NCBI GenBank assembly: GCA_025992315.1
Contig: DAJPHG010000001.1
Location: 810,070-874,069, forward strand
Origin: Bacilli bacterium
Lineage (GTDB): Bacteria; Bacillota_I; Bacilli_A; RF39; UBA660
DNA length: 64,000 bases
Direction: 5' to 3'
The notes beneath the pieces were generated by a model, which was not told the origin of the DNA, ran no database searches, and was given only the letters and a program-made list of their open reading frames with translations. Numbering within the stretch: position 1 is the stretch's first letter; each line of letters starts with the position of its first letter. This document shows, in pieces, positions 29,111-37,574 of this stretch. Position numbers and translations under genes: made by a program.

Positions 29111-30118
29111 ATGAAAACAGATATTTTATATTTAAATAATACACCATATGAAAATGGTAAATTATCAGGTGAATATTTTAGGAAAAATGTCATTATTAAT
29201 TTAGAGGAAATTAATAATGTGCTATTAAATAACGACATTAAAAACCAAATTGTTAGCCAACTTGATAATTTGAAAAATGAATATCCAAAATATTATGATG
29301 AAACAATAGGAAAAGCAGATGGTTTAGGAATTGATAGATTAACTTATTTTGCCATCATGTGTCCTGAAATTATTGATATAAAATTTGAACATTGTACAAC
29401 AATTATGTGTAAAAAGGGTAATGGTAGTTTTATAATTTCGCATAATGAAGATGGCGATTATATTGAAGGAAATTTTTGCTTAAGTAAAGTAAAAATAGAT
29501 AATGATAATTGGTTTCTTACAAATGATATGTACAATATGCCATTTGGCAATGGTATTAGTTGGAATAGCTATGGAATAGTTAAAACTATTAATTATTGTC
29601 ATGATGATAATGTTGATATTAAAAATCATCCAAGATATTTTTTACAAAGACATATATCTGAAGCAAGGTCAATTGACGATTTAATTAAAAGATGTAAAGA
29701 AATGAAAGTTGCATCAGGTTTTCATGTTAATGCAATAGATATTAATAATAATGTAGCAGTTTCTATCGAAGTATATTCAGATAGTATTGATGTTGAATAT
29801 ATAGATGATTATTATGTACATTCTAATCATTTTATTCATAAAGATTATTTGCTTAATCAAGTAACTGATAAAGGAAGTAATAGCATATTTAGATTAAACA
29901 AATGTAATGAACAATTAAAATACAAAACAATGAATGAAATTAAAACAATATTATCTTATAGATCAAAAGAAAACAAGTTTGAAAATTCAATATTACAAAC
30001 AAAAGAAGATCCATATATGACATTATTTAATTTTTCCTTTGATACAGATAATAAAAATAAAATATATTTGAATAATTATATAAATAGTGAAATAATTGAG
30101 TTAAAATATGATTTATAA
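29111..30118 (+). CDS. Peptidase C45 / acyl-CoA:6-APA acyltransferase-like Ntn hydrolase (putative)
   Basis: EHCTTIMCKKGNGSFIISHNEDGD resembles the Cys-nucleophile/NED region of C45 and choloylglycine-hydrolase-like proteins. Confidence 0.3.
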   Translation: MKTDILYLNNTPYENGKLSGEYFRKNVIINLEEINNVLLNNDIKNQIVSQLDNLKNEYPKYYDETIGKADGLGIDRLTYFAIMCPEIIDIKFEHCTTIMCKKGNGSFIISHNEDGDYIEGNFCLSKVKIDNDNWFLTNDMYNMPFGNGISWNSYGIVKTINYCHDDNVDIKNHPRYFLQRHISEARSIDDLIKRCKEMKVASGFHVNAIDINNNVAVSIEVYSDSIDVEYIDDYYVHSNHFIHKDYLLNQVTDKGSNSIFRLNKCNEQLKYKTMNEIKTILSYRSKENKFENSILQTKEDPYMTLFNFSFDTDNKNKIYLNNYINSEIIELKYDL

Positions 30119-30134
30119 AAGGAGTTGATCTCTA

Positions 30135-30166
30135 ATGAATGAAAATAAAACTAATATTAACTGGTA
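30135..30166 (+). repeat. Repeat copy C: the native 5' end of rbgA, the presumptive attachment site
   Basis: ATGAATGAAAATAAAACTAATATTAACTGGTA identical to copy B over 32 nt. Confidence 0.7.
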
Positions 30167-30998
30167 TCCAGGTCATATGGCTAAAACTAAAAGACTAATA
30201 AAGGAAAAGTATAATTTAATAGATGTAGTTTATGAATTAGTTGATGCAAGAATACCTTTTTCATCTAAAATACAGGATATTGATGAAATATTAAAAAATA
30301 AACCTAGAATATTAATTATGACTAAAAAAGATCTATGTGATGTTAATGAAACTAATAAATGGGTTAAATATTATGAAGGTAAAGGTTATAAAGTTTTACT
30401 TTTAGATTTAAATAATAATGAAGATTATAAAAAATTAATTGATGAAACTAACATAATAATGGAAGATAGCCAAAAGATAAGAGAACAAAAAGGATTAAAA
30501 GAAAAAGAGATTAGAGCTTTAGTTATTGGGGTGCCTAATGTAGGGAAAAGTACTTTGATAAATAAGCTTGCTGGTAAAAAAATAGCTAACGTTGGAAATA
30601 AGCCAGGAGTTACAACAAATCTTACTTGGTTAAAAACTAAAAGTAATATACTTTTATTAGATACGCCGGGTATTTTATGGCCTAAATTTGATAGTGAAGA
30701 AATCGCTTTAAATTTAGCTAGTATGACATCAATTAAATCAGAAGTTTTACCCATAGATGAAGTAGCAGTTCATATTTTAAAAAAATTAGATTTATTTTAT
30801 AAAGATATTTTGAAAAAAAGATATAATTTAGATTATTTAGATGAAGACTTAGTTGTAGTTTATGATAGCATTGGACGTAAGATTGGTGCTATAATAAGTG
30901 GTGGAGATATAGATTACGATCGTGTTAGTAATGCTATTTTAAATGATATTAAACAAGAATATGTTAAGGGAATTACTTTTGATAGAATAGAGGATTAA
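30135..30998 (+). CDS. rbgA: Ribosome biogenesis GTPase A (YlqF/RbgA)
   Basis: NWYPGHMAK, circularly permuted GTPase motifs GVPNVGKSTLINKL and LDTPGIL. Confidence 0.85.
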   Translation: MNENKTNINWYPGHMAKTKRLIKEKYNLIDVVYELVDARIPFSSKIQDIDEILKNKPRILIMTKKDLCDVNETNKWVKYYEGKGYKVLLLDLNNNEDYKKLIDETNIIMEDSQKIREQKGLKEKEIRALVIGVPNVGKSTLINKLAGKKIANVGNKPGVTTNLTWLKTKSNILLLDTPGILWPKFDSEEIALNLASMTSIKSEVLPIDEVAVHILKKLDLFYKDILKKRYNLDYLDEDLVVVYDSIGRKIGAIISGGDIDYDRVSNAILNDIKQEYVKGITFDRIED

Positions 30999-31000
30999 CT

Positions 31001-31600
31001 ATGAATATAGCTCAAATTGATAATTTACTAGAAGAAAAATTAGTTTATTCAGAATTTTTAAGTGCAACTAATCGTCAAAAAATGTGCGAAATTATTTTTA
31101 ATTATTGCACTAATAAAAGAGTTAGTATGACTATACTGTCATATAGATTAGAGGAAACTATTATTTTTTTACAAGAATTGGATTTAACTCTTGAAGAGAT
31201 TACATCAGCAATAAAAAATAGTCCTTCATTATTACATGCGAATAAAAAGGATATGTTATCTAAATATTTAGTATTAGTATATTTAGATGAGCATTTAAAT
31301 CAACCAATAAGAAAACAAACATTGATTGAAAATACAAAATATTATGTTATAGGTTTATCTACTATATATGCTAGAATTATGTATTTGCAAGAACATAATC
31401 CTAATGAAATATCAAAGTGGCATGTTTTAAAAATGACTAATAAAGAATTTGAAACTAAATTTAATGTAAATACTGATCAATTAAAATTAGATTATCCATT
31501 TGATGATCAAGCATTTATGCACGTTTTAGACCATCCTGACAATGAAGAGATAAAAAATAAAATATTTGTATCATCTAGATCAGGAGGGTATCATGCCTGA
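31001..31600 (+). CDS. Hypothetical protein
   Basis: 199-aa ORF between rbgA and rnhB; no recognised motif. Confidence 0.3.
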   Translation: MNIAQIDNLLEEKLVYSEFLSATNRQKMCEIIFNYCTNKRVSMTILSYRLEETIIFLQELDLTLEEITSAIKNSPSLLHANKKDMLSKYLVLVYLDEHLNQPIRKQTLIENTKYYVIGLSTIYARIMYLQEHNPNEISKWHVLKMTNKEFETKFNVNTDQLKLDYPFDDQAFMHVLDHPDNEEIKNKIFVSSRSGGYHA

Positions 31601-32219
31601 TTTGCTAAAATATGAAAAAGAATTATATGAAAAAAATATATCTTTAATTGCTGGTGTTGATGAAGTTGGCAGAGGACCTCTTGTAGGACCGGTAGTTGCA
31701 GCAGCTGTTATTTTGCCTAAAAATTATGAGTTATTGGGTTTAACAGATTCTAAAAAATTAAGTGAAAAAAAGCGCAATGCCTTTTATGAAATCTTACAAA
31801 CAGATGCTGTAGCTATAGGTGTTGGAGTTATTAGTGCCAAAATTATTGATGAAGTTAATATTTATGAAGCTTCTAAATTAGCTATGAAAGAAGCATTATC
31901 TAATTTAAAGATTAAGCCAGAATATGTTTTAATTGATGCAATGCCATTAGATCTTGATGTTGATTCAACTTCTATAATTCATGGTGATGCCTTATCATTA
32001 TCTATTGCAGCAGCTAGTGTTATTGCTAAAGTTACTAGAGATAAAATGATGTATGACCTTGATAAAATATATCCTGAATATGGGTTTGCTAAACATAAAG
32101 GTTATCCAACTAAACAACATTTACAAGCAATAAAAAAATATGGAGTTTTAGATAACTATCGTTTTTCTTATAAACCTGTAAAAAATGTAGTAGAAGAAAA
32201 GAGCTTAGTTAATAGTTAA
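31593..32219 (+). CDS. rnhB: Ribonuclease HII
   Basis: [27 protein letters not shown]; RBS GGAGGG. Confidence 0.85.
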   Translation: MPDLLKYEKELYEKNISLIAGVDEVGRGPLVGPVVAAAVILPKNYELLGLTDSKKLSEKKRNAFYEILQTDAVAIGVGVISAKIIDEVNIYEASKLAMKEALSNLKIKPEYVLIDAMPLDLDVDSTSIIHGDALSLSIAAASVIAKVTRDKMMYDLDKIYPEYGFAKHKGYPTKQHLQAIKKYGVLDNYRFSYKPVKNVVEEKSLVNS

Positions 32220-32340
32220 AAAACTTGACATTAAAATAATTATATGTTATTTTATTTGAACCAATGGGGAATGGTTAGAATAAATTAAATATAGTAGTAT
32301 CCTTATTGAAGGATTTTTTTAATTGAAAGGAAGGATAAGA

Positions 32341-32793
32341 ATGAAAAAGCCAATTAATAAGTATGAAGATATTAGAAATAAGTTATCAGCAATTGCTATA
32401 GCTGCATCTTTTGTAGTTCCTACAGCAGGATTTTATTTGGATAAAGATAAAGTCATAGAAGCAGACCATGTTTTAGATAATTCTGTTTTTGAAAATCAAG
32501 AATTAAATTCAGGATTTTTAAATCAATTAGAAGTAGCTAGAATAGAAGCTGCTTATCCAAAAATGGCTGTTAATGGAAAACATGAATTTGTAAGAGTTGG
32601 AACTAGAAGAGTTGTGAAATTGTATTTAATTCATGCCACACAATATGTTGATGTCGATTCTTTAGAAGCTATTACAGAGCTTGAAGTAGGTCAGGATGTT
32701 CTATTTGATAATAATGGTATGACTGTATATCATTTTGGTCAAAATCCAGAATATATTGATTTATCTGAAAAAACTTTATCATTTAGGTTATAA
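32341..32793 (+). CDS. Hypothetical secreted or membrane-anchored protein
   Basis: N-terminal hydrophobic segment AIAIAASFVVPTAG; RBS GAAAGGAAGG. Confidence 0.3.
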   Translation: MKKPINKYEDIRNKLSAIAIAASFVVPTAGFYLDKDKVIEADHVLDNSVFENQELNSGFLNQLEVARIEAAYPKMAVNGKHEFVRVGTRRVVKLYLIHATQYVDVDSLEAITELEVGQDVLFDNNGMTVYHFGQNPEYIDLSEKTLSFRL

Positions 32794-32837
32794 AAGAGAT
32801 CCTTAATTTAGGATTTTTTTATTAATAGGGGAATTAT

Positions 32838-33758
32838 ATGAAATTAGAACATTTAAATGATTATCACAAATATTATGAAACTATATTAAAATATAAAGCT
32901 TGTATAGTAAATACTGGTAACATAGTAGAAAAAATAAATATAATGAATAGTATTTATGATTATGTTAAAGAAATATCTATATATTTATATAAAAATGATC
33001 CAAACTTTGAAAAAAATTATCTTTATATTGAAAATTTAGTTTTACAATGTGAAAGTTTGCTAGCAAATGAAAAAATAACAGATATTAAATCTAATTTTAA
33101 TATAGAAGTTAAAAAATCTGATCCTATTTCATATATAGTTAATCAAGCAAGAGAATATATTTATAATAATAGATCTGATAAAAAATTGAAATTTGATGAT
33201 TTAGATTTAACTGGTAAATGTTTTATTGCCAGTAATTATATAGAAAATATATGCCATAGAATGAATATAAAATGTTATAAAATAGGATTATTTCCTGGGT
33301 TTACTTATAGTCCTATATTATATAATGGATTAAAACAGCATTATTTTAATATTATTGATTTAAATAATGAATTTTATTTGGTTGATATTACTTATTCTCA
33401 ATTTTTTAAATTAGATAAAAATATTTTAAATAGAATAGGAATTATTAATTTTTTAGGATGTTCTACTGGTATTTTTATGAATATGACGGGGTCTAGAAAA
33501 AATGTTGCAAATAATTTATTAGAAAAAGGATTTATAAAAATAGAAAATGAAGTAATGAAAGATTATTTGGATGGATTTGCTTTATCATATCGCAATGGTT
33601 TATATTATGAAACAACAAATGATTATACTTTTAAAACTAATTATAGTAATGAAGACTATCTTAATTTTTTAATACATAATGATAATCAGATTAATCATGA
33701 AAATGAGAAATTTCTTGATATCCAAAAAATTCCAATAACAAAAAAATTGAAGTTTTAA
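32838..33758 (+). CDS. Hypothetical protein with a transglutaminase-like Cys-His-Asp core
   Basis: GKCFIASNYIENICHRMNIKCYKIG...QHYFNIIDLNNEFYLVDIT resembles the TGase-like C/H/D arrangement. Confidence 0.3.
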   Translation: MKLEHLNDYHKYYETILKYKACIVNTGNIVEKINIMNSIYDYVKEISIYLYKNDPNFEKNYLYIENLVLQCESLLANEKITDIKSNFNIEVKKSDPISYIVNQAREYIYNNRSDKKLKFDDLDLTGKCFIASNYIENICHRMNIKCYKIGLFPGFTYSPILYNGLKQHYFNIIDLNNEFYLVDITYSQFFKLDKNILNRIGIINFLGCSTGIFMNMTGSRKNVANNLLEKGFIKIENEVMKDYLDGFALSYRNGLYYETTNDYTFKTNYSNEDYLNFLIHNDNQINHENEKFLDIQKIPITKKLKF

Positions 33759-33855
33759 TATTAATTGCTATATTTTTATAGTAATTTTTTCTTGCAGTTT
33801 TAAATTTAATGGTTTAATATTAAGTAAAAGTTTATAAATAAAGAAAGGTGATTTA

Positions 33856-35895
33856 ATGAAACATTTGGTAATCGTAGAATCTCCAAGTAAAAGTAAGACT
33901 ATTGAAAAATATTTAGGTAAAGATTATAAAGTAATATCTAGTAAAGGACATGTTAGAGATTTAGCTACAACTGGAAAATTTGGTTTAGGTGTAGATGTTG
34001 AAAATAATTTTAAGCCTAATTATGTTCCTATTAAAGGAAAGAAAAAATTAATAACTGAAATGCAAAAAGATGTTAAAAATAGTGATAAAGTCTATTTAGC
34101 TACCGACCCTGACCGTGAAGGAGAGGCTATTTCTTGGCATTTATATGATGCATTAGGACTTAAAGAAGATGATTATGAAAGAGTAGAGTTTCATGAAATT
34201 ACTAAAGATGTTGTAAAAGATGCATTTAATCATACTAGAAAAATAGACGATAATTTAGTTAAATCTCAAGAAACAAGAAGAATAATCGACAGAATAATTG
34301 GTTTTCGTTTATCAAAGTTAATGCAATCAAAAACTGGCGGTAAGAGTGCGGGAAGAGTTCAAAGTGTTGCTTTAAAATTAATAGTAGATCGTGAAAGAGA
34401 AATCGAAAATTTTGAAGAAGAAGAATATTACACAATTGAAGCAAAATTTGATGGATTTGATGCAACATTACAAAAATATAAAGATAAAAAGATTGAAATT
34501 AAATCTAGTGATGAAGCAGATAAGATTTTAAATAGTTTAGATAAAGAATTTAATATTCAAGATATTGATACTAAAGAAAAAAATAAAAAAGGTAAAGTTC
34601 CATTTAAAACTTCAACTTTACAAAAAGAGGCATCTTCTAAACTAGGATTTGGTTCTTCTAAAACAATGCGTGTAGCTCAAAAACTATATGAAGGTATTGA
34701 TATAGGTAGCGAAACTACAGGTTTAATTACTTATATGCGTACTGATTCTATTAGATTATCTGATATCTTTGTTAAAGAAACTTTTGATTATATAAAAACT
34801 AATTTTGGTAGTGAATATGTGGGTGTTGTAAAAAAAGCAAAGAAAGATGAAAATATGCAAGATGCACATGAAGGTATTAGACCAACAAGTATAAATCGAA
34901 AACCTGAAGATATCAAAAAATATTTGACACCAGATGAATATAAGTTATACAAATTAATCTACTATCGCGCTTTAGCTTCTTTAATGAAAGATGCCAAAGT
35001 ATTAGCTACTAGTGTAACACTAGAAAATAATGATTATTTATTTAAAGCAAATGGAAGTACTTTGATTTTTGATGGTTATTTAAAGGTATATAGTGAATAT
35101 GAAAAAAACGAAGATGTTATTTTACCAGATTTAACTAATCAAAAAGATAAATCTATAGAAGCACTTGAAGTAGTAAAAGAACAACATTTTACTAAGCCTC
35201 CTGCTAGATATACTGAAGCATCATTAATTGATGAAATGGAAAGTTTAGGAATAGGTAGACCATCTACATATGCACCAACAATGGAAACGCTTAAAACTAG
35301 AGCATATGTTACACTAGATAATAAAAGGTTTGTACCAACTGAAATAGGAATAGAAACAACGGATAAATTACAAGAATTCTTTAGTAATATTATTAATGTG
35401 GAATATACTGCTAATATGGAAAAGGAATTAGATGAGATTGCAATGGATAAATGTGATAATATTGCAGTTTTAAAAGATTTTTATAATATTTTTGAACCTA
35501 TAGTTGAAGATGCTTTTAAAAATATGGAGAAAAAGGCGGCAAAAGAAACTGGCGAGATATGCCCTGAATGTGATAGTCCACTAGTAATTAGAAGAGGAAA
35601 ATATGGAGAATTTATTGCCTGCTCTAATTATCCTAAATGTAAATTTATAAAGAAAAAAGAACAGGAAGAAAAAGAATTAATGTCTTGTCCTAAGTGTGAA
35701 GAGGGTAAAGTTGTAGAAAAACATACTAAACGTGGCAAAATATTTTGGGGATGTAATAGATTCCCTGATTGTGATTTTGCTTCTTGGTATGAACCTATAG
35801 CTGAAAAATGTCCTGAATGTAAAAGTATATTAGTAAAAAAGAAAGATAAAATTGCTTGTTCAAATTGTGAGTATGAAAAAGAAGAAACAAATTAG
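33856..35895 (+). CDS. topA: DNA topoisomerase I
   Basis: Toprim LVIVESPSKSKTIEKYLG, active-site Tyr region, three C-terminal C4 zinc ribbons. Confidence 0.9.
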   Translation: MKHLVIVESPSKSKTIEKYLGKDYKVISSKGHVRDLATTGKFGLGVDVENNFKPNYVPIKGKKKLITEMQKDVKNSDKVYLATDPDREGEAISWHLYDALGLKEDDYERVEFHEITKDVVKDAFNHTRKIDDNLVKSQETRRIIDRIIGFRLSKLMQSKTGGKSAGRVQSVALKLIVDREREIENFEEEEYYTIEAKFDGFDATLQKYKDKKIEIKSSDEADKILNSLDKEFNIQDIDTKEKNKKGKVPFKTSTLQKEASSKLGFGSSKTMRVAQKLYEGIDIGSETTGLITYMRTDSIRLSDIFVKETFDYIKTNFGSEYVGVVKKAKKDENMQDAHEGIRPTSINRKPEDIKKYLTPDEYKLYKLIYYRALASLMKDAKVLATSVTLENNDYLFKANGSTLIFDGYLKVYSEYEKNEDVILPDLTNQKDKSIEALEVVKEQHFTKPPARYTEASLIDEMESLGIGRPSTYAPTMETLKTRAYVTLDNKRFVPTEIGIETTDKLQEFFSNIINVEYTANMEKELDEIAMDKCDNIAVLKDFYNIFEPIVEDAFKNMEKKAAKETGEICPECDSPLVIRRGKYGEFIACSNYPKCKFIKKKEQEEKELMSCPKCEEGKVVEKHTKRGKIFWGCNRFPDCDFASWYEPIAEKCPECKSILVKKKDKIACSNCEYEKEETN

Positions 35896-35903
35896 TTTCT
35901 TCT

Positions 35904-36443
35904 TTATTCATATATATTTTTATAGTATTTATCAAAAGTGTTACTTTCTTGTAAATAAGTATCAATTTGTTTATTAAAATCGGACATAACTAGTTTTAAA
36001 TCGTCACATTTCTCTTGCATTCCTTTATATCCTTGAGTATTACAACTAAATTCATCATTTCTTAAATTATAAGTTGCTTCTATATACCATTCATCGTATT
36101 CATTTGCATAATTGTATGATCCTTTAAACTCTCCATTATTCAAATCTAGTGATGCTGTGTAAACACTTTCATAACCGTCTATTTTTTCTTTATTGACAAG
36201 ATTAAAATGTTCTTCTTGGTAATTATAAGCTACAACATTATATTTTGCGTCATCTTCTTGATCGTAATTTTCATCGATATTTTCTAATTGTAATTCATTT
36301 TTGTAATTATCTACAAAATTTTTAGTTTGAAGATATTCTTTTAAATTAGCATCTTTAGAATTTATTATACTTCCTATAATAATTATGATTAAAATTAATG
36401 CTAAACCAAAAAAATACCAATATTTCCTTAATATTCTTTTCAT
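35904..36443 (-). CDS. Hypothetical membrane-anchored protein
   Basis: N-terminal TM helix, acidic/Tyr-rich ectodomain. Confidence 0.3.
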   Translation of the reverse strand: MKRILRKYWYFFGLALILIIIIIGSIINSKDANLKEYLQTKNFVDNYKNELQLENIDENYDQEDDAKYNVVAYNYQEEHFNLVNKEKIDGYESVYTASLDLNNGEFKGSYNYANEYDEWYIEATYNLRNDEFSCNTQGYKGMQEKCDDLKLVMSDFNKQIDTYLQESNTFDKYYKNIYE

Positions 36444-36527
36444 TTTATCTCACCAATATTATTATATATTATAATTGGAAAATTTTCAAAAATATGTTAA
36501 CATTATATGTATAATTGAGGTGTTGAT

Positions 36528-37520
36528 ATGGATGTTTGTACAGACTATCATTTTTTAAGTGGCATCTTGTATGTTAAAATGTTTATTAAAGTTGCTTTAA
36601 TTGTGGTGCCTTTAATAATCATAATTCTAGGTATGTATGATGGATTTAAAGCTATAATGAGTGGTAATCAAGATGATATTAAAAAAATAGCTTTAAATGT
36701 TGCAAGAAGAGTTAGCATAGTGGCAATAGTATTATTACTTCCTACTGTTTTAAATATTATATTTTCTAATTTAGAAGGTTTTTCTGATACAGAAAAAAGA
36801 ATATCTTTATGTTATCAAAATGCTGATAGTAATACAATTGCTGGTTTAAAAAGAGCAAGATTAAAAGAATTGAAAGAAGCAAATATTAAAGAGTCTGAAG
36901 AATATATTGTAAGCTACAATAAAGAAAAATTATTACAAAGTAAAGCAAAAGCTACATCAAATGCTGATACTTCTGTATCTGGTCAAGGAAATTTTCAAAA
37001 GTTTTCCCTTTCTGATGAACAAGTTACTTCTCTTGCAGCTTTAGCTTCACAAGAACAAGGCACACCAAAAGGAGCAGCTGCTGAAGCTTCACTTATGGCT
37101 AATTTATTTGAACTTAAAGGTTCGACGTATGGAACTGGAGCAGATGGACTTATTAATTATGTAAGAAATGGTGGATGGTTTGCAAAAGCAGATCACTACA
37201 TGCAAAATCCAAATAATGTAGATCAAACTACTATTGATGCTGTAAGAAAAGTTTTAGTCGATGGTAAAAGAACACTTCCGGCTTATGTAGATGAGCATGA
37301 TTGTTTTAGTGATATAGCAATTGCTACTAATAATGGCACTGCTATAAACGTTTCTGATAGAAGTGCTTATCAAAAAAATGTTACTGCTGTAAAGAATGTT
37401 TATGATTCTCATTATACATTTTATTCTTTTCCAGATACAGCTTCTGATCCTTTTGGTTATACTAGTGAAGATAATCGAACTAAATTAGGTGATGATTGTT
37501 ATTCATTTGATAACTTATAA
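36528..37520 (+). CDS. Hypothetical membrane protein (2 TM helices plus a soluble domain)
   Basis: Divergent from the previous gene; no recognised motif. Confidence 0.3.
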   Translation: MDVCTDYHFLSGILYVKMFIKVALIVVPLIIIILGMYDGFKAIMSGNQDDIKKIALNVARRVSIVAIVLLLPTVLNIIFSNLEGFSDTEKRISLCYQNADSNTIAGLKRARLKELKEANIKESEEYIVSYNKEKLLQSKAKATSNADTSVSGQGNFQKFSLSDEQVTSLAALASQEQGTPKGAAAEASLMANLFELKGSTYGTGADGLINYVRNGGWFAKADHYMQNPNNVDQTTIDAVRKVLVDGKRTLPAYVDEHDCFSDIAIATNNGTAINVSDRSAYQKNVTAVKNVYDSHYTFYSFPDTASDPFGYTSEDNRTKLGDDCYSFDNL

Positions 37521-37574
37521 TAAAATAATAGTATTTATACTATTTTTTTTGTATAATAAAAAATGGTGAAGTAA

